Of a stretch of DNA of 64,000 bases, positions 21,011 to 30,148 are shown one piece after another. The stretch is from Candidatus Sulfomarinibacteraceae bacterium (lineage in GTDB: Bacteria; Acidobacteriota; Thermoanaerobaculia; Thermoanaerobaculales; Sulfomarinibacteraceae), in contig CAWCLO010000004.1 of assembly GCA_963796455.1 (NCBI GenBank), positions 1-64,000 on the forward strand, written 5' to 3'. Under the pieces are notes generated by a model. The model was not told where the DNA came from. It saw only the letters and a list, made by a program, of their open reading frames with translations, and made no database searches. The translations under genes and the position numbers were made by a program. Each line of letters opens with the position of its first letter. The first letter of the stretch is position 1.

Positions 21011-21051
21011 TGCGGCTCGTAATTCCTTTATTTGCTGTACAATGGGCCGCG

Positions 21052-22200
21052 ATGAGACGCTGTATTTCGAGCCCGGTGTTGCGAGTCCTCCCGCTCATGT
21101 GCTGGGCGGCGGTGGTCTTGGCATCGAGCCCGACCGACGATCAGCTGCATCAGGTGAGAATGCGGATCGATCAGCTCGAGAAACGTCTCGATCGCCTGGC
21201 GTCGGAGGCCGAGGGCGTTGCCAAGGAACGGGAACAACTCGATGCTCAACTCGAGCTTGCCGATGCGCGGGTGCAGGAAGTTGAACTGCAGCTCGTGGAA
21301 AGTGGTCGCGAAGCGGATCTTCTGCGGCAAGAGGCGGCAACGGTGGGTGCCGAACTCGATGAACGACGCCTGCTTCTCGAACAGCACCTCGAGATCATTG
21401 CGCTGCTCGGCCGACCCGGTCCGGTGCAGCTGCTTTTCGATGCCTACCAGGGTGGGGATCTCGAGGAGGCGATCGGTACCGTTTCGGTCCTGACCGCGGG
21501 CCAGATCAAGCTGATGGACGAGTACCGCGAGATCTGGAGACGGCATGGTATTCGCCTGGCCGCCTTGAGCCAGACCCTGGATCAGGCAACAGAGGAAGCA
21601 CGGCAGCTCGAGGTGCGGCGGCAGGAATTGGGGGAGGTGCGGCGTGTGGTCGCCCTACGCCTCAAAAAGCTCGAACGCAGCCGGGCGAACGCCGGCGCCA
21701 GTCTCGAAGATCTCAGAGACCGTGAGGCGGCCCTGGAGCGCCTGGTTGGAGTCCTGTCGTCCAAACAGCGTTTCTCCGGTCAGGAAGACGTGCGCGGTTA
21801 TCGGGGCGCCTTGCCGTGGCCGGTGACCGGTCCAGTGGTGCAGGCTTTCGGCCGCCAGAGAATGGCGAAATACAATACCTACACGGTCTGCAACGGGCTG
21901 CGCTTCGAGACTGAACTTTCGTCACCGGTGACGGCGGTTTTTCCTGGAGTCGTCGCATATGCCCGACATTTCAAGGGTTACGGAAATATGGTGGTGCTTG
22001 ACCATGGTCACGGGGTGTACTCGCTGGTCGCCGGTCTTGCTACAATCCACGTCAGAGTCGACCAACGAGTTACGATGGGAATGAAGCTCGGTTTGGCGTC
22101 GCCTCCCACCGATGGTGGCAATATCTACTTCGAATTTCGTGTTAATGAAAAACCAGAGGACCCAAAACGCTGGCTACAGCTGGAAAGGGGCTCGTCCTGA
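21052..22200 (+). CDS. EnvC-like murein hydrolase activator (coiled coil + degenerate M23/LytM)
   Basis: Signal peptide, long coiled coil, LPWPV.G, GYGNMVVLDHG, YFEFR...P.DP..WL; Zn-ligand His residues absent as in EnvC. Confidence 0.85.
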   Translation: MRRCISSPVLRVLPLMCWAAVVLASSPTDDQLHQVRMRIDQLEKRLDRLASEAEGVAKEREQLDAQLELADARVQEVELQLVESGREADLLRQEAATVGAELDERRLLLEQHLEIIALLGRPGPVQLLFDAYQGGDLEEAIGTVSVLTAGQIKLMDEYREIWRRHGIRLAALSQTLDQATEEARQLEVRRQELGEVRRVVALRLKKLERSRANAGASLEDLRDREAALERLVGVLSSKQRFSGQEDVRGYRGALPWPVTGPVVQAFGRQRMAKYNTYTVCNGLRFETELSSPVTAVFPGVVAYARHFKGYGNMVVLDHGHGVYSLVAGLATIHVRVDQRVTMGMKLGLASPPTDGGNIYFEFRVNEKPEDPKRWLQLERGSS

Positions 22201-22202
22201 AC

Positions 22203-23333
22203 ATGAACCGTACCCGAACCATATTTCTCGCCGTCTCCGTGACGGTCGTCATGCTTTTTTCCGGAGTGTTGCTCGCCAGCCGTAACAGCCAGGACATTTT
22301 GTTCCGGGCGCTGGGCAATCTGGCCGAAGTGGTGCACCTGATCGAGACCGAGTATGTCGATGAACTCAATCAGGAGGCGCTCTCTACCTCCCTCGACGCA
22401 GGCCTCGTGGAATCACTGGAACGATCGGCTGCGGTGCTGCCGTCCGACCAAATCGGGGCCTACCTCGAGTATGTCGAGTCGCCGCCACCCTATGGCGTCG
22501 GGCTCACCTCGCGGCTCGGATCGGCGGCCGTCCTCTATGTGTTGTCGGGCTCGCCCGCCGAGGCTGCCGGCCTCAGTGAGTGGGAGGTGATCGAACTGGT
22601 GGAGGGCGTCAACAGCCGCGGACGGCCCATGTGGCAGATCCGCCTCGAGTTGATGGAACGGCGGAACAAAGGCCTCCCGGTCACCTTGACCGTTTTCGAT
22701 CGTGAAGTCGATGAACGGCGCGAAGTTGTCCTCGAACCGAGTGAATGGGCGCCTCGGGCCGCCACGGCCGAACTGCACGATGAGGGGACCGTGATCAAGG
22801 TGGAATTGATCCAGGAAGGCGCCGTCAAAGACATCATTGATCTTGTCCCGGAAGACGGCAGGTTGGTGCTCGATCTGCGCGAGACCCGATGGGGGCTCGA
22901 AACCGAAGTCATTACCCTGGCCGACAGTTTTGTCGCCGAGGGAGTTCTCGGAGAGTGGAAAGGGCGTCGAGCGGGTTCGCAGTCATACAAAGCCACGACA
23001 AAAATCAAGACTCCCGCGATGCCGGTCGTCCTGATCGGTCCGAGGACCGAGGGGATCGGTGAAATCCTCGCCGCAGCCCTGCAACGAAACGGAGCCACCC
23101 TCGTCGGAGATCGAACCGTCGGCAGGGCTCCATACATGAGCCTCGTCCGCGATGGCGATGTGGCGGTGTGGATGCCGGTCGGGCACTGGCTTCGCGCTGA
23201 CGAAGAGCCGATCAACGGCAATGGTATCGAGCCGGACGAGAAGGTGGAGGGCGGCCTTGGCGAAGGATCGGTCGATGCCGTCCTGCAACGAGCCCTCGAC
23301 CTGCTCGTTGGGGAGCTCGAGAAAGCTGCCTGA
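22203..23333 (+). CDS. S41 (CtpA-like) PDZ protein with substituted catalytic residues
   Basis: EYVD, PDZ (GSPAEAAGL), LVLDLR, GI.PD; SASASE replaced by TEGIGE and TFGKG by TVGRA. Confidence 0.8.
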   Translation: MNRTRTIFLAVSVTVVMLFSGVLLASRNSQDILFRALGNLAEVVHLIETEYVDELNQEALSTSLDAGLVESLERSAAVLPSDQIGAYLEYVESPPPYGVGLTSRLGSAAVLYVLSGSPAEAAGLSEWEVIELVEGVNSRGRPMWQIRLELMERRNKGLPVTLTVFDREVDERREVVLEPSEWAPRAATAELHDEGTVIKVELIQEGAVKDIIDLVPEDGRLVLDLRETRWGLETEVITLADSFVAEGVLGEWKGRRAGSQSYKATTKIKTPAMPVVLIGPRTEGIGEILAAALQRNGATLVGDRTVGRAPYMSLVRDGDVAVWMPVGHWLRADEEPINGNGIEPDEKVEGGLGEGSVDAVLQRALDLLVGELEKAA

Positions 23334-23336
23334 TTG

Positions 23337-24509
23337 ATGCCTGCAAAGAAGCCCTCCCGTGCGAGGAAGCGCCCCACAAAAACCAACCTACCGTTGGGGC
23401 CCCTGGTCATCGTCGCGCTGGTTGTCCTGATCGCGGCGGTCTGGCTGCTCTTCCGCGGTGAGCCTGGAACCACCGGTGCGCTCGAAACGCGGCTCGTCGA
23501 CCTGGCGGCCGGGCGAGGTGTAACCAGGGAGAAAATTCTGGTCGACGATCCCATTCAAAAGGTGGACGGGATTTTTGTCCGAACCTGGCGTTTCGAATTT
23601 CCTACCAAGGTCGAGCGCGAGGGTTTTGTCGGCGATCTCGAGATCGAGGCCTCGGCGCGCGATGCCGTCCTCACGCTGCCGACCGATCTTTCGAGTGATG
23701 TCGTGCGGCTCCGATTCGGCCTCGACGGCGAGGCCTTCGATCTGCATCTCGCGCTGGCGACGACTGCGCCGCCGGTCGCTGCGGTTGTGCCGACCGCGAC
23801 CCCAAAACCGCAACCTACCCAGAAGCCGCAACCGGCCCCAGATGCCCGAGGCCGTCTCGCCATTCTGCTTGACGATGGCGGCCAGAATCTCGATCTGGTG
23901 GCTGAGGCCGCCGCGTTGCAGGCTGAAGTGGGGTTCGCGATTCTGCCTTTCCTCCCGAGGTCTGCCGAGACCGCGAATGCACTGTACAAAGCGGGACACG
24001 AAATCTGGCTTCACCTGCCGATGGAACCCGAAAACTACCCGCGGAACGATCCCGGCCCGGGTGCGCTGCTGCTCTCGATGACGACCGATGAACTGCGGAT
24101 CGGGATTCACTCCGCGATCAACAACATTCCGCACGCTGTCGGGGTCAACAATCACATGGGGTCAAAGGTTACGGCGGATCTCAAAACGATGACCTGGATC
24201 ATGCAGGAACTCAAGTCGAGGAACATGGCCTTTATCGACTCTCGGACCACGGTCAAGACCGTTGCCGAGGACGCTGCTCGGGCCCAGGGGGTTCCGGTCA
24301 ACCGGCGGCACGTGTTTCTCGACAACGACCGCAAGGCACCGCTGATCCGAAAGCAGCTCGAGGAGGCGGTCTACCGTTCCCGTCTCGAGGGAGAGATCAT
24401 CGCCATAGGCCACATGGACAAGGTGACGATCCGGGTTCTGACCGAGGATCTGCCGGGACTCGCAAAGCGCGGTGCCGATCTGGTCAATCCAAGCGATTTG
24501 GTGCGCTAG
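23337..24509 (+). CDS. Divergent polysaccharide deacetylase family protein
   Basis: AILLDDGG, LHLPMEP, GVNNHMGS, FIDSRT, VFLDN, IAIGH. Confidence 0.9.
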   Translation: MPAKKPSRARKRPTKTNLPLGPLVIVALVVLIAAVWLLFRGEPGTTGALETRLVDLAAGRGVTREKILVDDPIQKVDGIFVRTWRFEFPTKVEREGFVGDLEIEASARDAVLTLPTDLSSDVVRLRFGLDGEAFDLHLALATTAPPVAAVVPTATPKPQPTQKPQPAPDARGRLAILLDDGGQNLDLVAEAAALQAEVGFAILPFLPRSAETANALYKAGHEIWLHLPMEPENYPRNDPGPGALLLSMTTDELRIGIHSAINNIPHAVGVNNHMGSKVTADLKTMTWIMQELKSRNMAFIDSRTTVKTVAEDAARAQGVPVNRRHVFLDNDRKAPLIRKQLEEAVYRSRLEGEIIAIGHMDKVTIRVLTEDLPGLAKRGADLVNPSDLVR

Positions 24510-24816
24510 TTCCTTTTCGAATTAGAAATTAGGAATGGCGCGCAACCCGTTTTGGCCTGTGCGCGTCGCGAAGATGAACCCATGCAGCGGATTTTTGAAG
24601 GATGACTGCCGGGAATTCCTGGTCCCTAATCCGTACTGTCCAAAACAAATCGGGACCTGAATTTGCCCGATTGGAAACACGAGGTTTAGGGTTTAGATTC
24701 TGGCATTTCCGATTCGTGGTTGTCCCGCGCTGTCTTCACTTTCCTTTGCCGTTTCCGGAGGGAGAAAGAGAGATCCACCCGGCACTGATTCCGCACGTAC
24801 GCGAATGTCGCCTCCC

Positions 24817-24973
24817 GATGTCATCCTGAGCGGAGCGCATTTTGCGCGTAGTCGAAGGACCCGTTCGACTCGCGCTGCTCGCTCAGGGCAGGTTCTGCGG
24901 TCTGAGATCGTTCCGTTCCATCTCATAGATCCTTCGACTTCGCCCCTGCGGGGGCTCCGCTCAGGATGACATC
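24817..24973. mobile_element. MITE/REP-like non-coding palindromic element
   Basis: Perfect 20-bp terminal inverted repeat GATGTCATCCTGAGCGGAGC; inner AGTCGAAGGA/TCCTTCGACT; related copies at 37063 and 52307. Confidence 0.75.
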
Positions 24974-25099
24974 TTTACAATATGCAGCGAACCCAAAAAT
25001 CCCGCTGCTATATGTCACCGGGAGAGCAAGGATCCACACAGGAGGTTTTTCCCGACATCGAATGGCTACTGAGGATTCCGATCCTGAAGGGGAAAAGGA

Positions 25100-25191
25100 G
25101 ACTGATCGCTGTCGCTGATGACTGAACGCCGCCACTGCCTACTGTTCGCTGACGCTGTCCCTGGATGCCGTCCGAGACTCTGTCTTGGACA
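25100..25191. repeat. CGCTG-type hexamer array ending in a 20-bp motif shared with the four-helix-bundle locus
   Basis: CCGAGACTCTGTCTTGGACA (25172-25191) is the exact reverse complement of 42104-42123. Confidence 0.75.
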
Positions 25192-25222
25192 AGAGTGATC
25201 CCTGATCTCTAATCCCTATACC

Positions 25223-26629
25223 CTATTTCTTGCGGTGCCACACGGTTCCGTGCGGTGTGTCCTCGATGCTGATTCCCTTCGAGGCCAGCTGATCGCGGAT
25301 TTCGTCGGATCGTGCGAAGTCGCGGGCGGCCCGCGCGCCGGAACGTTCTTCGACAAGGCGCTGGATATCAGCGTCGTCCCCACCTTCGTCTGCGGCAGGA
25401 AGAATGGCAAGGACGCTGTCGGCCTCGTCGAGGGCGGCGCTCAAAGCGGCTCGATTTTCTACCGAAATTCCATTGCCGTCGAGTGCGGTGTTGACCTCTC
25501 GCACCAGGAGGTGGAGGGCGCCGAGAGCGCGCGCGGTGTTGAGGTCGTCCCCCAGCGATTCGCGGAAGGCCACCGAGAATTCGTCAATCGCGCTGATTCC
25601 GAGATCTCCCGGGCCCTCGGCGGGCGGCGTGTGTTCGATCCGTCGAAGCGTGTTGGCGATGCGCTCGACAGCCTGCTCGGCGGCGTGGAGGCCGTCCATC
25701 GTGAAATTGAGCTTCTGCCGGTAGGGGACCGAAATGAGGAGGTAGCGGAGAACCACCGGGTCGAAGCCCTTCTCGATCAGGCTTTTCAGGGTGAAGAAGT
25801 TGCCCTTCGACTTGGCCATCTTCTCGCCCTCGACGACCAGGTGCTCGGCGTGCAGCCAGTAGCGTGCAAAGGGCTTGCCGGTGGCTCCTTCGACTCTGGG
25901 CGATTTCGTTTTCGTGGTGCGGAAAGATGTTGTCCACACCGCCGGTGTGGATGTCGAAACTCTCGCCGAGAAGAGCCATCGACATGGCCGAGCACTCCAG
26001 ATGCCAGCCCGGCCGGCCGGGGCCGATTTCGGACTCCCATGAGGGCTCGCCCTCGCGCGGTCCCTTCCAGAGGACGAAATCGCGAGCGTCGTCCTTTTCA
26101 TACTCTTCAGAGTCAACGCGGGCGCCAACCAGATTGGCTTCGGGCTTGACCCCCGACAGCTTGCCGTATTCGGGGAATGTGGTGATTCGGAAGTAGATCG
26201 AGCCATCGCTGCGGTAGGCGTGGCCGGCGGCCTCGAGGCGTTGGATCAACGCCACCATCTGCGGCACATAGTCTGTGGCCCGTGGGTAGTGCTCAGCGCG
26301 TTCTGCCCGTAGGGTGTCCAGATCGTCGAAGAAGGCTGCGATATAGCGGTCGGTGTAGTCGCGGAGCTCGAGCCCGGCGGCTTTCGACCTCCCGGATTGT
26401 CTTGTCATCGATATCGGTCAGATTCATGACCTGGGTGACCTCGAAGCCGAACAGCTTGAGGGTACGCCGCAGAAGTCTTCAAAAAGAAAGGTGCGGAGAT
26501 TGCCGATGTGGGCGTAGTCGTAGACCGTCGGACCGCAGGTGTAGAGGCGGACGTGGTCATCTTCGGCGGGCTCGAAGACCTCGACTGTCGAGTCATCGTG
26601 TTGTAGAGACGGAGCGGTAACTCGGACAT
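25223..26629 (-). CDS. cysS: Cysteine--tRNA ligase, with several apparent sequencing frameshifts
   Basis: [76 protein letters not shown] spread over frames. Confidence 0.93.
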
Positions 26630-26745
26630 CAGTGCCTCCGGAGATGGATTGTACATTTGGATTAGGAATTAGGAATTCAGGGGACGATTCGACCTTGTTT
26701 GTTCGACTGATTCTCAGGGTGGGTCGAATTACCGAACCCGGGGAG

Positions 26746-27419
26746 CTATTCCAGCAGATTCTCCCGGATGTAGGTGAATTTGCCCTTGTTCACCAACCCG
26801 AAGCCCTCCTCGAATTCATTGATCAGGCGAGAAACGGTCTCCCTGCTGGTGCCGATCGAATGGGCAATGTCGGAGTGGGTGGGTCGACGAACAACCACCC
26901 AACCATTGCCGAGCCGCTGACCGTGGTCGAGGGCCATATCGAGGAGATAGCGGGCGAGTCTTCCCGCCACATCCATATAGGCCAGCGACTCCATTTTGGA
27001 GTTCGCCCGTCGAAGCCGGCGCGACAAGATGGCCATGAGTTTTCGAGAAATACCGGGGCTCGTGTTGAGCAGATGCTCGAAGTCCGGCGAGCTTGATGAC
27101 CAGCATCTCGATCTCGGTGATGCTGATGACCGACGCCGATCGCGGCGCGGTTTCCAACAGACGCCATCTCCCCGAAGACCTGGCCGGCACCGAGCACGGT
27201 GAGGATGAATTCCTTCCCGTCCGATGAGGTCGTGACGATTTTGACCCGGCCGTTGACGGTGATGTAGATCGCGTCGGAGGTGTCGCCTTCGTGAAAAATG
27301 GCGGTGTCTGTCGGCAGGTGTTTGACCTGAGCGAGGGCCGCGACGTCCTTGAGCTCCTGATCGGTGAGCTCTGAAAAGAGCTCGATCTCCTTCAGAAGCT
27401 GGGGCGCCCGTTCGGTCAT
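26746..27419 (-). CDS. Crp/Fnr family transcriptional regulator, apparent frameshifts ~27085-27165
   Basis: [44 protein letters not shown]. Confidence 0.88.
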
Positions 27420-28783
27420 GAATCCTCCCGCGCCACCAGGTTGATGACGATGTCGGCAACCTCTTCGCCGGCGATCGGTTCTTCGATCGTCACACAGTTT
27501 GCCTCGTCCTCACCGGTGCACCATGTGAATCCGTCGAGGGACAAAAGAGAAGCAAGGGTTGTGATCGAATATTGCACGTCGGTGGCGCTGACCGGTCGGT
27601 CTGGATGGTATCTGTGCTCGAGGCGGTCGCTGTCGACCAGCCCGTGCCGTACCGCAGTGAGAATCTCTCGTTGTGCCGGTTGCTTCATGATGTCCGACAA
27701 CAATGGTACCTGTCCACCGGGCAATGTTTCCACTTTCGGCGCAAGGGTCACCAGGACAATGGCCAGTTCTGCGCGATTAAGCCGTTTTGAATCAACAGCT
27801 TCTTGTACATATGCCGGCATCACGGATATCCGCCAGCGGAGTTGGGCGCGGCGCAGGCCGACCGATTTTTCGGGAATGTCATCCGGCAGCGAAGAATAGA
27901 GGTTCATCGCCGACTGCCAGTCGTCCTCCGCTTCTGCGATCCCGATCGCTTTGAGAATGGCTTCGGGGTGGTCGGGCAGGGAAGCGTAGATGCGCATGGC
28001 CGCATTGAGGTCTCCTCGCGCTTCTGCCAGCGATCCCGCGAGCAGAACGACTTCGGCGTCTCGAGGCAGCGACGACAATACGATCTCGGCACGATCGAGA
28101 TCGCCGAGTGCGATCAGGATTTCGCTTTCCAGCAACACGGCATTTCGATCTTCAGGGTCCGCCGATCGAGCCGGAGCCAGCGCCGCAAGGGCTTCATCGA
28201 GTTGCTTGGTCTCGAAGAGCTCTGCGGCTGCCGCGACGCGATTGTCGACCCACAAAGTCTGCAGATCCCCGGCTCGTTCTATCCAGCGTTGATTCGGCCA
28301 CAGTTCGACACCAGTGGCGGCCGACTCGAGGGCTAACAGTTCATTTTTGGATCGCTCCGCGGCGACCGAGAGCGTGACCCATGCGGCAGCATAGGTCGGT
28401 TGTGATTCCGTCAGGTCTTCGAGGCCCGAAATCGCTTTTTTCGCACCATCGCTCATCTTCGCCTGGAGACTCAACAACCGACTCGCCGGTCCGTCTCCTG
28501 CCGCTGTTGCAGCCGTCCGGGCGGCCGCCACATCGCCGCGCTCAAGCGCCTGATAGCCGTTGTTGATCTGGTCCCCGGTCACCCGGTCCAGCGACGGCGC
28601 GCCGGGCCCGCTCAGCGGCGAAGGAAAGTCGAGTTGAACAGCCGGCGTGTCAATCGGGACGTGTGAACATCCACCGAGAGTCATGAAGGCGATGAGCGCC
28701 ACCGTCCCGGAAATCCCGCCGGCCGCGGAGGTGAAGGGCCACCCGCGGATCAGTGAACGGTTTCGGTCAGGATGAAGGGTCAT
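27416..28783 (-). CDS. TPR-repeat lipoprotein with SLH-like C-terminus
   Basis: Lipobox LGGC; Ala-rich helical repeats; LNRAELA and Y.PDRPVS SLH-like motifs. Confidence 0.65.
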   Translation of the reverse strand: MTLHPDRNRSLIRGWPFTSAAGGISGTVALIAFMTLGGCSHVPIDTPAVQLDFPSPLSGPGAPSLDRVTGDQINNGYQALERGDVAAARTAATAAGDGPASRLLSLQAKMSDGAKKAISGLEDLTESQPTYAAAWVTLSVAAERSKNELLALESAATGVELWPNQRWIERAGDLQTLWVDNRVAAAAELFETKQLDEALAALAPARSADPEDRNAVLLESEILIALGDLDRAEIVLSSLPRDAEVVLLAGSLAEARGDLNAAMRIYASLPDHPEAILKAIGIAEAEDDWQSAMNLYSSLPDDIPEKSVGLRRAQLRWRISVMPAYVQEAVDSKRLNRAELAIVLVTLAPKVETLPGGQVPLLSDIMKQPAQREILTAVRHGLVDSDRLEHRYHPDRPVSATDVQYSITTLASLLSLDGFTWCTGEDEANCVTIEEPIAGEEVADIVINLVAREDS

Positions 28784-29021
28784 TCTGTTCTGGTTTTCCA
28801 GGAAATGAGTTGACCGGTGCGATGCTGGCGATCGCGTGCTTGTACACCAGTTGTTCCTGACCGTGATTTTCGAGAATTACGGAGTAGCGATCGAATCTGC
28901 GGATAATCCCTGTCAATCGTTTGCCGCTGACAAGATACACGTGAACGGTTTTAGACTCCTTGCGGAGCTGATAGAAGAATGGATCTTGGATATTGATTGA
29001 ACCGCTCCCAGGCTTGTTCAT
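28767..29021 (-). CDS. hfq: RNA chaperone Hfq
   Basis: NIQDPFF..LRKE...V.VYLVSG..L.G.I..FD.Y; QLVYKHAI; follows miaA. Confidence 0.95.
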   Translation of the reverse strand: MNKPGSGSINIQDPFFYQLRKESKTVHVYLVSGKRLTGIIRRFDRYSVILENHGQEQLVYKHAIASIAPVNSFPGKPEQNDPSS

Positions 29022-29969
29022 GATGATTGTCTTTCTTTGGTGTGCTGGTTCCATAGTCGGATGACCGCCGCCGCCCCACCATCTTCGACCGGCGGTACCC
29101 AATGGACTGTTCCCTCACGGGTGTCCCTCAACCACGTGAGTTGGCGTTTCGCAAATCTGCGGCTCGACCGTTTCGTGTTTTCGATCGCCGTTTCTCGATC
29201 GCACCCTCCCTCGAGCAATTCGACAATTTCACGGTAGCCGATTGCCTTCAAAGCGTGAGCGTCGACTGCGACTCCGGCGGCCAAAATCGCCTCAACCTCT
29301 TCCACAAGGCCGGACGCGAACATACTGTCCACACGCTCGCCGATTCTAGCATAGAGCTCCTGGCGAGAACGACTTGGAGCCACCAGCATTGGAGCAAATC
29401 TCGGACGGGGGCTGATGCCTCTTCCAGTGGCTGGTCATTGTGTCGCCGGTGAGTTCGTAAATCTCGAGAGCACGAAGAATTCGCTGCCGGTCCTGGGCGC
29501 CGATTCTCGCGGCGGATTCGGGGTCGATCTCCTGGAGCCGTGCAAAGACCCCCGCCGGATCCAGAGCCCATTCGTCGGCCAGACGTGATCCGATGACGCT
29601 GTCCCTTGGAGGTGAAGGAAAGAGGCCGAGGAGCAGCGCGCGGATATAGAAATGTGTGCCGCCAACCACGACAGGGCAGCGACCGCGCTGCCAGATATCG
29701 TGGATCACCGCCAGGGCGGCATCCGCAAATTCACCGGCGGAGAACACTTCGTTGGCATCGGCGACATCGATCAGGTGGTGGCGAACTCTACGACGCGCCT
29801 CGGGGCTCGGTTTGTCGGTACCGATATCGAGGCTGCGGTAGACGGCGAAGGCATCGGCCGAGACGATCTCGCCATCCAGGCTGTCTGCGACCTCGAGGCC
29901 AAGGCTCGTCTTGCCCGATGCGGTCGGGCCGAGGATGACGAGGAGAGGTGGGGGCGATGAGATCTTCAT
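29018..29969 (-). CDS. miaA: tRNA dimethylallyltransferase, apparent frameshift ~29400
   Basis: GPTASGKT, DIGTDKP, HHLID, VGGTHFY, RILRALE; then GLVEEV, AIGYRE, FAKRQLTW in a second frame. Confidence 0.93.
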
Positions 29970-30016
29970 TTGTTGCAGCCTCAAGCGACGCGAGTGATTA
30001 TCGCAAATAATCGGTC

Positions 30017-30148
30017 GAGTTCGGAGTTTTGAGTTCGGAATTCGGAACTCGAAATTTGGAATCCTGGGAATCCGTCTCGGTGCCATTCTCGGATCGCCAT
30101 GGTCCGGTGAGCGGAAACTCCGAACTCCGAACTCCGAATTCCGCACTC
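30017..30148. repeat. Inverted pair of heptamer arrays around a unique core
   Basis: GAGTTCG-type units 30017-30073; AACTCCG-type units 30116-30148. Confidence 0.85.

Noticed and set aside
25223..27419. Programmed frameshifting or true pseudogenes in cysS and Crp
   Set aside because: Multiple irregular shifts with no slippery-site pattern; cysS is normally essential.
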